Of a stretch of 64,000 nucleotides of DNA, positions 18,209-26,829 are shown one piece after another. Made by a program: the position numbers and the translations under genes. Source of the stretch: an uncultured Bacilli bacterium (GTDB lineage: Bacteria > Bacillota_I > Bacilli_A > RF39 > UBA660); NCBI GenBank assembly GCA_934096405.1, contig CAKOLW010000002.1:16754-80753 (forward strand). Direction: 5' to 3'. Every line of letters begins with the position of its first letter. Positions within the stretch are counted from its first letter, which is position 1. The notes beneath the pieces were generated by a model. The model made no database searches. It was not told the DNA's origin and worked only from the letters and a program-made list of their open reading frames with translations.

Positions 18209-19440
18209 AATTTAAAGATGAGTATATTAATCTAGTAAATGAAAAAGAAAGAGAACTAACTAGTATATTTAATGAAATTAATGATAATGAACTATATTTT
18301 AGTAAAAAAGTATTAGATGCATTTCATAAGAATAATTTAAATGAAAGTGATTTAGTTGGCACTACGGGATATGGGTATAATGATATTGGAAGAGATAAAA
18401 TAGAAAGTATTTATAGTTCAATATTTGGTAGTGAAGATGCTTTAGTTAGAAGAGAATTTATAAGTGGTAGTCATGCGATTAGTACATGTTTATTTGGCAT
18501 TTTAAGGCCTAATGATACATTATTATCTATAAGTGGTACTCCATATGATACTATGCATGAAGTAATTGGTATTAGAGATAATTCCAGTTCATTAAAAAGT
18601 TTTGGTATTAATTATAAAGAAATAGATTTAATTAATAATGATTTCAATTACGAAGAGATAAAAAATAATTTAGAAAATATTAAAATGGTATATATTCAAA
18701 GATCTAAGGGATATTCTACTAGAGAAAGCATTAATATTGATAAGTTAACTAAAGTAATAAAATTAATTAAAGATATTAATAAAGATATTATAGTGTTTGT
18801 AGATAATTGTTATTGTGAATTTGTTGAAAGAAAAAGTCCAATTGAAGTTGGAGCAGATGTATGTGTTGGTTCTTTAATCAAGAATTTAGGTGCAGGTATA
18901 TGTACTAATGGTGCTTATGTTGTTGGAAGGAAAGATTTGATTCATTTGATAAGTGAAAGATTAACTTTACCAGGTGAAGGAAAAGAACCAGGGCCTTCTT
19001 TAGATGCTAATAAAATGTTTTTAATGGGTCTTTATTTAGCACCTAGTGTTGTTGCTTCTAGTTTAAAGATTAATTACTTAATATGTAATGTTATGGAAAG
19101 TTTAGGTTATAAAGTTAAACCTAGTTTAAATGAAAAAAGATGTGATATTGTGTTAAGTTTATATTTAGAAAATGAAAATAATTTAATTAAGTTTTCTAAG
19201 TTGTTACAAGAAAGTGGTGCGATTAATTCTAATGTTACACCTATTCCATCAGATATGCCTGGTTATAATTCTAAAATAATAATGGCTAGTCCTTCATTTA
19301 CTCAAGGATCATCAATAGAATTATCTTGTGATGCACCATTAAGAAACCCATATATACTTTATATTCAAGGTGGTTTAACTTATCAATATGGAAAATTAGC
19401 TTTAATAAATATTATAAGTAATTTAAAAGAAACTGATTAG
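18202..19440 (+). CDS. PLP-dependent 'aluminium resistance'/YnbB-family protein (Met gamma-lyase-like fold)
   Basis: TTGYGYNDIGRDKIESIYSSIFGSEDALVRREFISGSHAIS..GTPYDTMHEVIG matches the family N-terminal signature as I recall it. It overlaps the SDR stop (ATGTTAA). Confidence 0.75.
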   Translation: MLKFKDEYINLVNEKERELTSIFNEINDNELYFSKKVLDAFHKNNLNESDLVGTTGYGYNDIGRDKIESIYSSIFGSEDALVRREFISGSHAISTCLFGILRPNDTLLSISGTPYDTMHEVIGIRDNSSSLKSFGINYKEIDLINNDFNYEEIKNNLENIKMVYIQRSKGYSTRESINIDKLTKVIKLIKDINKDIIVFVDNCYCEFVERKSPIEVGADVCVGSLIKNLGAGICTNGAYVVGRKDLIHLISERLTLPGEGKEPGPSLDANKMFLMGLYLAPSVVASSLKINYLICNVMESLGYKVKPSLNEKRCDIVLSLYLENENNLIKFSKLLQESGAINSNVTPIPSDMPGYNSKIIMASPSFTQGSSIELSCDAPLRNPYILYIQGGLTYQYGKLALINIISNLKETD

Positions 19441-19464
19441 TTTAATTCTAATCAGTTTTTAATA

Positions 19465-20290
19465 TTAATATAGATTAATACAAGGCGAATAATCACTATA
19501 ATATTTATTGTTATTTGAGTCAAGCATATACACTCTTGATGCTACTTTAGACGAAAAGTCATCTTTTGTTAAAAGTGGAACAATTGAATTAGAATAACTT
19601 GGATTTCCATCTGAATCTGTGCCTAAACAGTAATAAAATTCCTCGCCAGCATAATTCTTATCTATATTACTTGCAGTTTCACCTGTATAATAATCTTTAT
19701 TAATTTGTAAATGTCTCATGTCTGATTCATTATTATAAATAAGGATTTCTAATCTAGGTGTTGTTAATTTTATTTCTACTTCACTATATTCACTATAAAT
19801 TTTATTGTTTTCTGAATCTAATACATAAGCTCTTGACGCATAAATTTTTCCATAGTTACCTACTAAGTCCACACTTGTTTGAAAGTTTTGATGAATATTA
19901 TCTGTATGTATTATAGTATAAGTATTTTCATTTTTTCATAAACTTCATAGCCGGATACAGCATCACTTGATTCACCATCAAAATTTATTTTATTGTTTTC
20001 AATATAAACAAACATATTTGGTGCAGCTATAGGATTATCTAAATCTATTATATTAGAATAATCATTATAAAAAGTTGTTCCATCAATCACTACATATTTT
20101 CTTGCTTTAAAATAAAGGTGTTCTCCTTTTTGTACACTTACAGTATTTTGACGGTTTTCCCATTCTTCTTTTGTTAAAGAACCATATAATGTTTATTCTC
20201 CATCTTCTGATGTCGAACTATATATTTCTATTCCTGTAGCATTATTTAAAGAATCTACAGATATCATTATTGATTTTTTATTTTACATTC
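19465..20290 (-). pseudogene. Decayed third copy of the repeat module of the 20314-22998 surface-protein gene, with frameshifts
   Basis: 19859-19910 is nearly identical to 22189-22240. Homologous stretches (GIEIYSSTSEDGE*, ..HLYFKARKYVVIDG..) are spread over several frames. Only 19465..19872 remains as an ORF. Confidence 0.6.
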
Positions 20291-20313
20291 TCCTACACCT
20301 GTTGCGCTTAAAA

Positions 20314-22998
20314 CTATGCAGATAGAAGACTTTTTAATTCGACAACATTAGAAAACTCACTATAATACGTTGTTCCATCACTAATAGCGTATTTTCTTAC
20401 TTTAAAATATAAATGTCCACCACGTTTTACACTTACATAATTTTGGTTGTTTTCCCACTCTTCTTTTGTTATTGTTTTATTTAAAGTATATTTTCCATCT
20501 TCTGATGTTGAGCTATATACTTCTATACCTGTAGTATAATCTAAATTATCTATCAAAATTTGCATTCTTTGTTCATTTTCATCACCATTCTGACCAGATT
20601 CTGTTATAACTGGTGTTGAAAGGGAACTATCTACATCTAATACGTTTGAAAATTCACTCATATAATATGTATTTTCATCTATGGCAATATATTTTCTTAC
20701 TTTAAAATATAAGTGTTGGCCACTTGGTGCAGAGACTTCAAATGTATTGTTTTCATCTATGTCTTCTTTTTTTATTGTTTTATATAAAGTATATTCTCCG
20801 TCTTCAGATGTTGAACTATATACTTCAATACCTGTTGCTTCAGTTAATAAATTAACACATATTCTTAAAGCATTTCCTGCGTCAGAGCCTTCCCAACCTG
20901 CTTCAGTAATTGTTGGATGACCCATTTCTGCTTTCACTTCTGAATATTCACTATACACTTTATTTCCTTCGGTATTTATTATATATGCTCTTGCTGCATA
21001 TGTCTTTCCATAATTATCTTTTACATCAACTATAGTTTTGAATTCTTGAGAACCTTCAGAAGTTTTTATTAATGCATATGTTTCTCCTGTTTTTTCATAT
21101 ATTTCATAACCGTGTACTTCATTACCTGATTCACCATATATTTGACCATATAAAGTAATTTTATTGTCTTTTATATCAGAATTTATAAATGGTTGTGGTA
21201 CAGGATTTGTTAAAGTTAAGTAATTAGAATAATCACTATATACTTTTTCTCCTCTAGAATTTAATGCATAAACCCTTAATGTATATATTTCAGTTACACC
21301 TTTTTCAATAGTAACTTCTTTATTTAAAATTCCTTCATTTGTTTCAACTAAATTAGGTGCGTTATCAATTACTTTGTATAATTCATAACCGTCTATTAAA
21401 TCAGTTGCTCCTTCTTCTGAATAAGCTCCTTCATAATCAAATCTTAATATTGGTTTATCTATAGTACCTAAAGGATTTGATAATGTTGGTGTTGAAACTT
21501 TATTAACAAGTTCAACAAAATTTGAAAATTCACTATAATATGTTGTTCCATCACTAATAGCATATTTTCTTACCTTAAAATAAAGGTGTTCTCCTTTTTG
21601 TGCACTTACAGTATATGGATGACTTTCCCATTCTTCTTTAGTTATTGTATTTAATAAAGTATATTCTGCGTTTGCTGATGTTGAACTATATACTTCTATA
21701 CCACTGGTGTAATCTAAATTGTCTATTGTTAATATTATTGATTTTACGCCTTCACTTTCACCTTCACCTGTTACATTTAAAACTGGTGTTGAAAGAGAAT
21801 TATTTACATTTAATACATTTGAAAATTCACTAACATAATATGTATTTTCATCTATAGCAATATATTTTCTTACTTTATAATATAAGTGTTGGCCACTTGA
21901 TGCAGAAACTTCAAAAGTATTATTACTACTAATATCTTCTTTTTTTATTGTTTTATATAAAGTATATTCTCCATCTTCTGATGTTGAACTATATACTTCT
22001 ATACCTGTTGCTTCTGTTATTGAATTAATGCATAATAGAATTCCTTGAGGTTCATCGCTTCCACTGGCACCTGCTGTTGTAATTGTTGGATAACTCATTT
22101 CTGCTTTTACTTCTGAATAATCACTATATACTTTGTTTCCATCTGAATCTAATATGTAAGTTCTTGCTGCATATGTCTTTCCATAATTACCTACTAAGTC
22201 CACACTTGTTTGAAAGTTTTGATGAATATTATCTGTATGTATCACATTATAAGTATTACCAACTTTTTCATATACTTCATTTCCAGACATAGTACCGATT
22301 GCTTCTCCACCTATATTTATTTTATTGTTTTCAATATAAACAAACATATTTGGTGCGGCTATAGAATTTGTTAAAGTTAAGTAATCAGAATAATCACTAT
22401 ATACTTTTTCACCTTTTGCATTTATTGCATATACCCTTACTTTGTAAGATTTAGTAGTTCCAATACTAAGTGAAATTTCTTTGTTTAAAATACCTTCTTT
22501 TGTTTCAATTAATTGTAATTTATTAGCAATTAATTCATATAATTCGTAACCATTGATTAAATCAGTTGCTCCTTCTTTTGAATAAGCTTCTTCATAATCA
22601 AATCTTAATATAGGTTTATCTATAGTACCCAATGGATTAGATAATGTTGGTGTATCTAGATAAACATCATTATTTTTATAATTAATCTCAAAAGTTGTTG
22701 GTACATCTACTAATTCATTTGTTAATGCATTGAACCAAAGTCCTCTTGCATTTTTATAGTAAATAATCATATCTTCAAGATTATTACTATCTATTGTTTT
22801 AGCAGCTAACATAATAACATCAGTTGTTAAATAACCTTTATAGTTATTTGTTGTTTCTCTTGTAAACATACTTTTACCAATTATGTATGTTGAATTAGAA
22901 ATATCATTTGTATCTATTTCTCCAGCATTTAGATTATTAATATTTGCAAATGTAAATATTCCAATTAAGAGAACAATGCTACTTAATATTTTCTTCAT
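20314..22998 (-). CDS. Secreted repeat-rich surface protein (894 aa) made of FN3/Ig-like modules
   Basis: Signal peptide MKKILSSIVLLIGIFTFANINNLNA. The modules repeat motifs of the type GIEVYSSTSEDGEYTLYKTI..HLYFKVRKY..YYSEFSN. Confidence 0.85.
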   Translation of the reverse strand: MKKILSSIVLLIGIFTFANINNLNAGEIDTNDISNSTYIIGKSMFTRETTNNYKGYLTTDVIMLAAKTIDSNNLEDMIIYYKNARGLWFNALTNELVDVPTTFEINYKNNDVYLDTPTLSNPLGTIDKPILRFDYEEAYSKEGATDLINGYELYELIANKLQLIETKEGILNKEISLSIGTTKSYKVRVYAINAKGEKVYSDYSDYLTLTNSIAAPNMFVYIENNKINIGGEAIGTMSGNEVYEKVGNTYNVIHTDNIHQNFQTSVDLVGNYGKTYAARTYILDSDGNKVYSDYSEVKAEMSYPTITTAGASGSDEPQGILLCINSITEATGIEVYSSTSEDGEYTLYKTIKKEDISSNNTFEVSASSGQHLYYKVRKYIAIDENTYYVSEFSNVLNVNNSLSTPVLNVTGEGESEGVKSIILTIDNLDYTSGIEVYSSTSANAEYTLLNTITKEEWESHPYTVSAQKGEHLYFKVRKYAISDGTTYYSEFSNFVELVNKVSTPTLSNPLGTIDKPILRFDYEGAYSEEGATDLIDGYELYKVIDNAPNLVETNEGILNKEVTIEKGVTEIYTLRVYALNSRGEKVYSDYSNYLTLTNPVPQPFINSDIKDNKITLYGQIYGESGNEVHGYEIYEKTGETYALIKTSEGSQEFKTIVDVKDNYGKTYAARAYIINTEGNKVYSEYSEVKAEMGHPTITEAGWEGSDAGNALRICVNLLTEATGIEVYSSTSEDGEYTLYKTIKKEDIDENNTFEVSAPSGQHLYFKVRKYIAIDENTYYMSEFSNVLDVDSSLSTPVITESGQNGDENEQRMQILIDNLDYTTGIEVYSSTSEDGKYTLNKTITKEEWENNQNYVSVKRGGHLYFKVRKYAISDGTTYYSEFSNVVELKSLLSA
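20320..22662 (-). repeat. Internal tandem duplication of about 1.17 kb (about 390 aa) inside the surface-protein gene
   Basis: PTLSNPLGTIDKPILRFDYE(E/G)AYS(K/E)EGATDLI(N/D)GYELY.. starts at about aa 113 and again at about aa 503. The DNA segments at 22611-22660 and 21441-21490 are nearly identical. Confidence 0.85.
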
Positions 22999-23008
22999 AT
23001 TTTTCCTC

Positions 23009-23320
23009 CTATTTTATTATAACTTGTGCTTCTACTTTTTTATCATTATTTAGTTTAACTATTAATGTTTTAATATCTTTTATATCAGTATATGAAGCAA
23101 TTGGATTAGTACCATAACATAATATTGTTCCGTCTTCATATCTGATTTCTTTAAATTCTATTTCTTTATCATTTTCATATACAATTAATTTTCTTTCTGG
23201 TGAGTATGCATCTACTGTTTCAAAATTAATTTTATAAGTTTTTTTGTTATAAAATAATAGTACTAACACTATAGCTATTATTAAAACTATAGGTATTATA
23301 ATTATTAATCTCTTTTTCAT
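23009..23320 (-). CDS. Small membrane-anchored protein sharing the C-terminal domain of the upstream 489-aa protein
   Basis: TM anchor followed by YKINFETVDAYSPERKLIVYENDKEIEFKEIRYEDGTILCYGTN... This aligns with YTISRRKTDSYSPDNLLTVYEEGSVISVQRIEYIDGGIICFGNN.. at the end of 23322-24791. Confidence 0.75.
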   Translation of the reverse strand: MKKRLIIIIPIVLIIAIVLVLLFYNKKTYKINFETVDAYSPERKLIVYENDKEIEFKEIRYEDGTILCYGTNPIASYTDIKDIKTLIVKLNNDKKVEAQVIIK

Positions 23321-23321
23321 A

Positions 23322-24791
23322 TTAATTAATTGTAGCAGTTACTTTTATACCACTATTTAGTACTACTACTACTCTTGTCACTCCTAATAAATCAGTATCA
23401 GATGCAGATAAGTTATTTCCAAAACATATTATACCACCATCTATGTATTCTATTCTTTGAACAGATATTACACTTCCTTCTTCATAAACTGTTAATAAGT
23501 TATCTGGTGAATATGAATCAGTTTTTCTTCTAGAAATTGTATATGATTTTTGTACCCAACTTGCTGTTAAAGTAATATTGCTTGTTACAGGATTGTTAAA
23601 ATTGTAAGCACTTCCATTTAATAACCATCCATTAAATTTGTACCCTTCTTTTGTTGGTGATGCTGGTTGAGTAACTTTATTTCCTTCAGTAATAGTTTGT
23701 GAACCGACACTAGTTCCACCATCTGAATTAAATGTAACTGTATATTTTGATAAAGGTTGCCATTTAGCAGTTAGTGTTATATTTTTTGTTATTCCAATAT
23801 TAAAGTCGTATGTTTTTCCATCTAATTGCCATTCTACAAACTTATATCCTTCTTTTGCAGGATTACTTGGTTTTGTTGCTTTATTTCCTTCTGTAATTGT
23901 TTGTGAGTTTACACTACTTCCACCATCTGAATTGAATGTAACTGTGTATTTATTTGCTATTTTGCTCCAACTTGCTACTAGAGTAATGTTTTTAGTTACT
24001 ATAGTATTAAAGTCATATGATTTTCCGTCTAATGTCCATCCTTCAAATGTGTATCCGCTTCTGGTAGGATCTTTAGGCTTACTAGCTTTGTTTCCTTCAA
24101 TAACACTTTGTGAACTAATTAAAGACCCTCCGTTACTATTAAATGATACTGAGTATTTTTTCTTAGTTGGTGTTGTTGGATTATTTGGTTTTGTTGTATT
24201 ACCATTATTTCCATTGTTTCCACTATTGCCATTATTATTTGTGTTATTTCCATTTGTTTGTTTTACTTCTTCCCATTTAGCTTTTAATTTTAGGTTAGTA
24301 GTAACTTCAGTATCAAAGTTGTAAGTTTTTCCATCCAATTGCCATTCTTTGAACACATAATTTGCTTTAACTGGATCTACTGGCTTTACTATTTTTTGAC
24401 CTTTTTCTATTACTTGGTTTGCTATAGTTGTTCCACCATCAGTGTCAAATTCAACTACATAAGTTTTAACGTCTTCTCTTACTTTTTCCCACTTAGCAAT
24501 TAATGTTAAATTTGATGTAACAGCTGAATTAAAGTCATATGTATTACCATTATTAGTCCATTCAACAAATATATAACCTTCTTTTGTAGGATTAGTTGGC
24601 TTTGTAACTTTTTCTCCTTCTTTTATTTTTTGATCACTTATTGTACTTCCACCACCAGTATTGAAAGTGACATTATAAGTTACAGGTACTTCTTCTTTAT
24701 TCATTGTTTTTACAATGACTCCTATAATACCGGCTATAACAACAACTACTATAGCACCGAGTATATAATATAGGCTTTTTTTGTTTTCCAT
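23322..24791 (-). CDS. Membrane-anchored surface protein with six Listeria-Bacteroides (Flg_new/InlB B-type) repeats
   Basis: A repeat of about 70 aa recurs, of the form YTVTFNSDGGSSV.SQTITEGNKATKP..P.KEGYKFVEWQLDGKTYDF....TKNITLTAKW. The linker is Asn/Gly-rich. Confidence 0.8.
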   Translation of the reverse strand: MENKKSLYYILGAIVVVVIAGIIGVIVKTMNKEEVPVTYNVTFNTGGGSTISDQKIKEGEKVTKPTNPTKEGYIFVEWTNNGNTYDFNSAVTSNLTLIAKWEKVREDVKTYVVEFDTDGGTTIANQVIEKGQKIVKPVDPVKANYVFKEWQLDGKTYNFDTEVTTNLKLKAKWEEVKQTNGNNTNNNGNSGNNGNNGNTTKPNNPTTPTKKKYSVSFNSNGGSLISSQSVIEGNKASKPKDPTRSGYTFEGWTLDGKSYDFNTIVTKNITLVASWSKIANKYTVTFNSDGGSSVNSQTITEGNKATKPSNPAKEGYKFVEWQLDGKTYDFNIGITKNITLTAKWQPLSKYTVTFNSDGGTSVGSQTITEGNKVTQPASPTKEGYKFNGWLLNGSAYNFNNPVTSNITLTASWVQKSYTISRRKTDSYSPDNLLTVYEEGSVISVQRIEYIDGGIICFGNNLSASDTDLLGVTRVVVVLNSGIKVTATIN

Positions 24792-24972
24792 CTTTTTCCT
24801 TCCTTTCTGAGCACTAAAAAAATTATAGACTGGTACCTATGATTTTAAAATAACAAAAAACTATGAGAGTTATTTTTAATAACCCCCCCCGAAATTCGTA
24901 CCAAGTTTGGTACTTAATTCAGAGTTGATTAGTACTATCATAGTTTTCATGCTCCTTTTATTTTATGCTTTA
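24792..24972 (-). promoter_or_regulatory. Conserved 5' leader, copy A (candidate cis-regulatory RNA or uORF element)
   Basis: 24809-24983 aligns with 39605-39781. A 41-nt core is identical apart from one C/T: GAATTAAGTACCAAACTTGGTACGAATTT(C/T)GGGGGGGGTTA. It contains the palindrome GTACCAAACTTGGTAC (24898-24913), a G8 run (24883-24890), a weak hairpin plus T-run, and AGTGCTC just before the main RBS. Confidence 0.6.
24876..24941 (-). CDS. Candidate leader mini-ORF A (21 aa, or 24 aa from ATG 24950)
   Basis: GGAG lies 10 nt upstream of the ATG. Sequence: MIVLINSELSTKLGTNFGGGY*. The G8 run encodes GGG. Confidence 0.35.
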   Translation of the reverse strand: MIVLINSELSTKLGTNFGGGY

Positions 24973-25001
24973 ATTTTATCAAATCATTTAATTATATGCA
25001 A
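24973..25001 (-). promoter_or_regulatory. Promoter of the leader-A operon (TTGCAT-N17-TAAAAT, extended -10 TG)
   Basis: The minus strand reads TTGCATataattaaatgatTTGaTAAAATtaaag. Confidence 0.55.
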
Positions 25002-25030
25002 TAAGTTTTGAAAAAAATGTCGTAATTTGT

Positions 25031-25055
25031 GAAAAAAAGAAGTTTAAACTTCTTC
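25031..25055 (-). terminator. Terminator of the ABC exporter operon
   Basis: The minus strand reads AGAAGTttaaACTTCT followed by T7, overlapping the stop codon. Confidence 0.6.
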
Positions 25056-26828
25056 AAATTGACTATTATAAAGCGTACTATAGAATCCATTCTTTTTAAG
25101 TAATTCATCATGAGTACCTTGTTCTACTATATTTCCGTCTTTTAATACTAGTATTAAATCGGCATTTTTAATTGTAGATAATCTATGTGCAATGATGAAT
25201 GATGTTTTATTTTTCATTAGTTCATCCATTGCTTTTTGTATTAATATTTCTGTTCTTGTATCTACACTACTAGTTGCTTCATCAAGTATTAGTATTTTAG
25301 GATTAGCAAGTATTGCTCTTGCAATAGTAAGTAATTGTTTTTGACCACCACTTATGTTGTCTGTATCTTCATTTAAAATCATGTTGTATCCATCAGGTAA
25401 AGTTTGAATAAAGTGATGTACATGTGCCATTTTCGCTGCATCTATTACTTCCCTATCTGTAGCGTCTAATCTTCCATATCTTAAGTTCTCCATTATTGTA
25501 CCACTAAATAACCATGTATCTTGAAGTACCATACCAAATTGTTTTCTTAATTCTCCTCTGTCAACATTTTTTATGTTAACACCATCAACTAGTATTTCCC
25601 CACTATTGGTGTCATAGAATCTCATAAGTAATTTTACTAAAGTTGTTTTACCTGCTCCAGTAGGTCCCACTATTGCTATCTTTTTACCACTTGTAACATG
25701 AGTACTAAAATTATTTATAATTATTTTATCATCATATCCAAAAGTAACATTTTTAAATACTACATTTCCTCTTACATTTTTAAGTTCTACTTTATTTTTA
25801 ATAGGTTCTTCTTTTTCATTTAAAAATTCAAATACTCTTTCACAAGCTGCGACCATACCTTGTAATTCAGTCATTATACTTGCTAGATTTGCAATTGGAT
25901 TAGTAAAATTCTTAGTATATGTTATGAATGATTGAATATTACCAACTGTTATTTTTCCTTCAATAACATATATTCCACCCATTATAGCAACAACTACATA
26001 ACCTAAATTACCAACTAATTTCATAATTGGATGCATAAGTCCACCTAAGAAATTACTTTTCCAAGCTGATTCACATAACTCATTGGTACTTTCTTCAAAA
26101 TCTTTCATCATTTTATTTTCTGCATTAAATGATTTTATTATGTTTTGTCCACTCAACATTTCTTCTACTTTACCATTAACAATTGCTAGTCTATCTTGTT
26201 GATTAACAAAGTGATGTTGACTCTTCTTCATTATGGTACTAGTTATTATTAAAGATATTGGTAGTATTACCAAAGTAACAATTGTCATAGTAAAGTTAAT
26301 AGAAAACATCATTATAAGTATTCCTATTACCATAACTATACATGTTATTAATTCAGTAGCACTTCTATTTAAATTCATACTTATTGTATCTATATCATTA
26401 GTTACTAAAGATAATACTTCACCATGAGTCTTTTTATCAAAGTATTTAAGTGGTAATTTATTTACTTTTTTATCTACTTTACTTCTTAAATCTTTGGCAT
26501 ATTTTTGACTTATTTTTGCCATTATAATACCTTGTAAATAATTGAATAATGCACTTATAATATATAAGATCAATATTGTTAAAAGTATTTTATGTAATTT
26601 AGTGAAATTTATTCCACCTATTCCTTGTATTTTTTTTATTATTCCACTATATAATTCAGTAGTGGCATTACCTAATATTTTAGGTCCAACTATAGTGAAT
26701 AAAGTACCTAATATTGATAATATTGTTATAACTATTATATGTACATAGTAAGGCTTTAAACTTTTTATTAATGTTTTCATTGTACCTTTAAAGTCTTTTG
26801 CTTTATCTGTATTTTGTGGTCTTGGCAT
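25044..26828 (-). CDS. ABC multidrug/lipid-type exporter, fused permease-ATPase (heterodimer partner B)
   Basis: Six TM segments, then GPTGAGKTT, ISGGQKQL and LILDEATSSVD. The start is ATG 26828, 6 nt after AGGAGGTG. Confidence 0.9.
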   Translation of the reverse strand: MPRPQNTDKAKDFKGTMKTLIKSLKPYYVHIIVITILSILGTLFTIVGPKILGNATTELYSGIIKKIQGIGGINFTKLHKILLTILILYIISALFNYLQGIIMAKISQKYAKDLRSKVDKKVNKLPLKYFDKKTHGEVLSLVTNDIDTISMNLNRSATELITCIVMVIGILIMMFSINFTMTIVTLVILPISLIITSTIMKKSQHHFVNQQDRLAIVNGKVEEMLSGQNIIKSFNAENKMMKDFEESTNELCESAWKSNFLGGLMHPIMKLVGNLGYVVVAIMGGIYVIEGKITVGNIQSFITYTKNFTNPIANLASIMTELQGMVAACERVFEFLNEKEEPIKNKVELKNVRGNVVFKNVTFGYDDKIIINNFSTHVTSGKKIAIVGPTGAGKTTLVKLLMRFYDTNSGEILVDGVNIKNVDRGELRKQFGMVLQDTWLFSGTIMENLRYGRLDATDREVIDAAKMAHVHHFIQTLPDGYNMILNEDTDNISGGQKQLLTIARAILANPKILILDEATSSVDTRTEILIQKAMDELMKNKTSFIIAHRLSTIKNADLILVLKDGNIVEQGTHDELLKKNGFYSTLYNSQFEEV

Positions 26829-26829
26829 T

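Noticed and set aside
20314-24791. CRISPR-like or satellite periodicity suggested by recurring DNA segments.
   Set aside because: The repeats are in-frame protein modules (390-aa units and Listeria-Bacteroides repeats of about 70 aa) inside long ORFs. There are no short direct repeats separated by unique spacers.
24792-24972. The leader as a known riboswitch (c-di-GMP-I/II, given the surface-protein genes downstream, or c-di-AMP/ydaO).
   Set aside because: None of the conserved cores of these classes as I remember them (GEMM tetraloop/receptor helices, ACGCAC-type junctions, ydaO pseudo-two-fold) can be found. The element is too AU-rich and too short in paired GC content.
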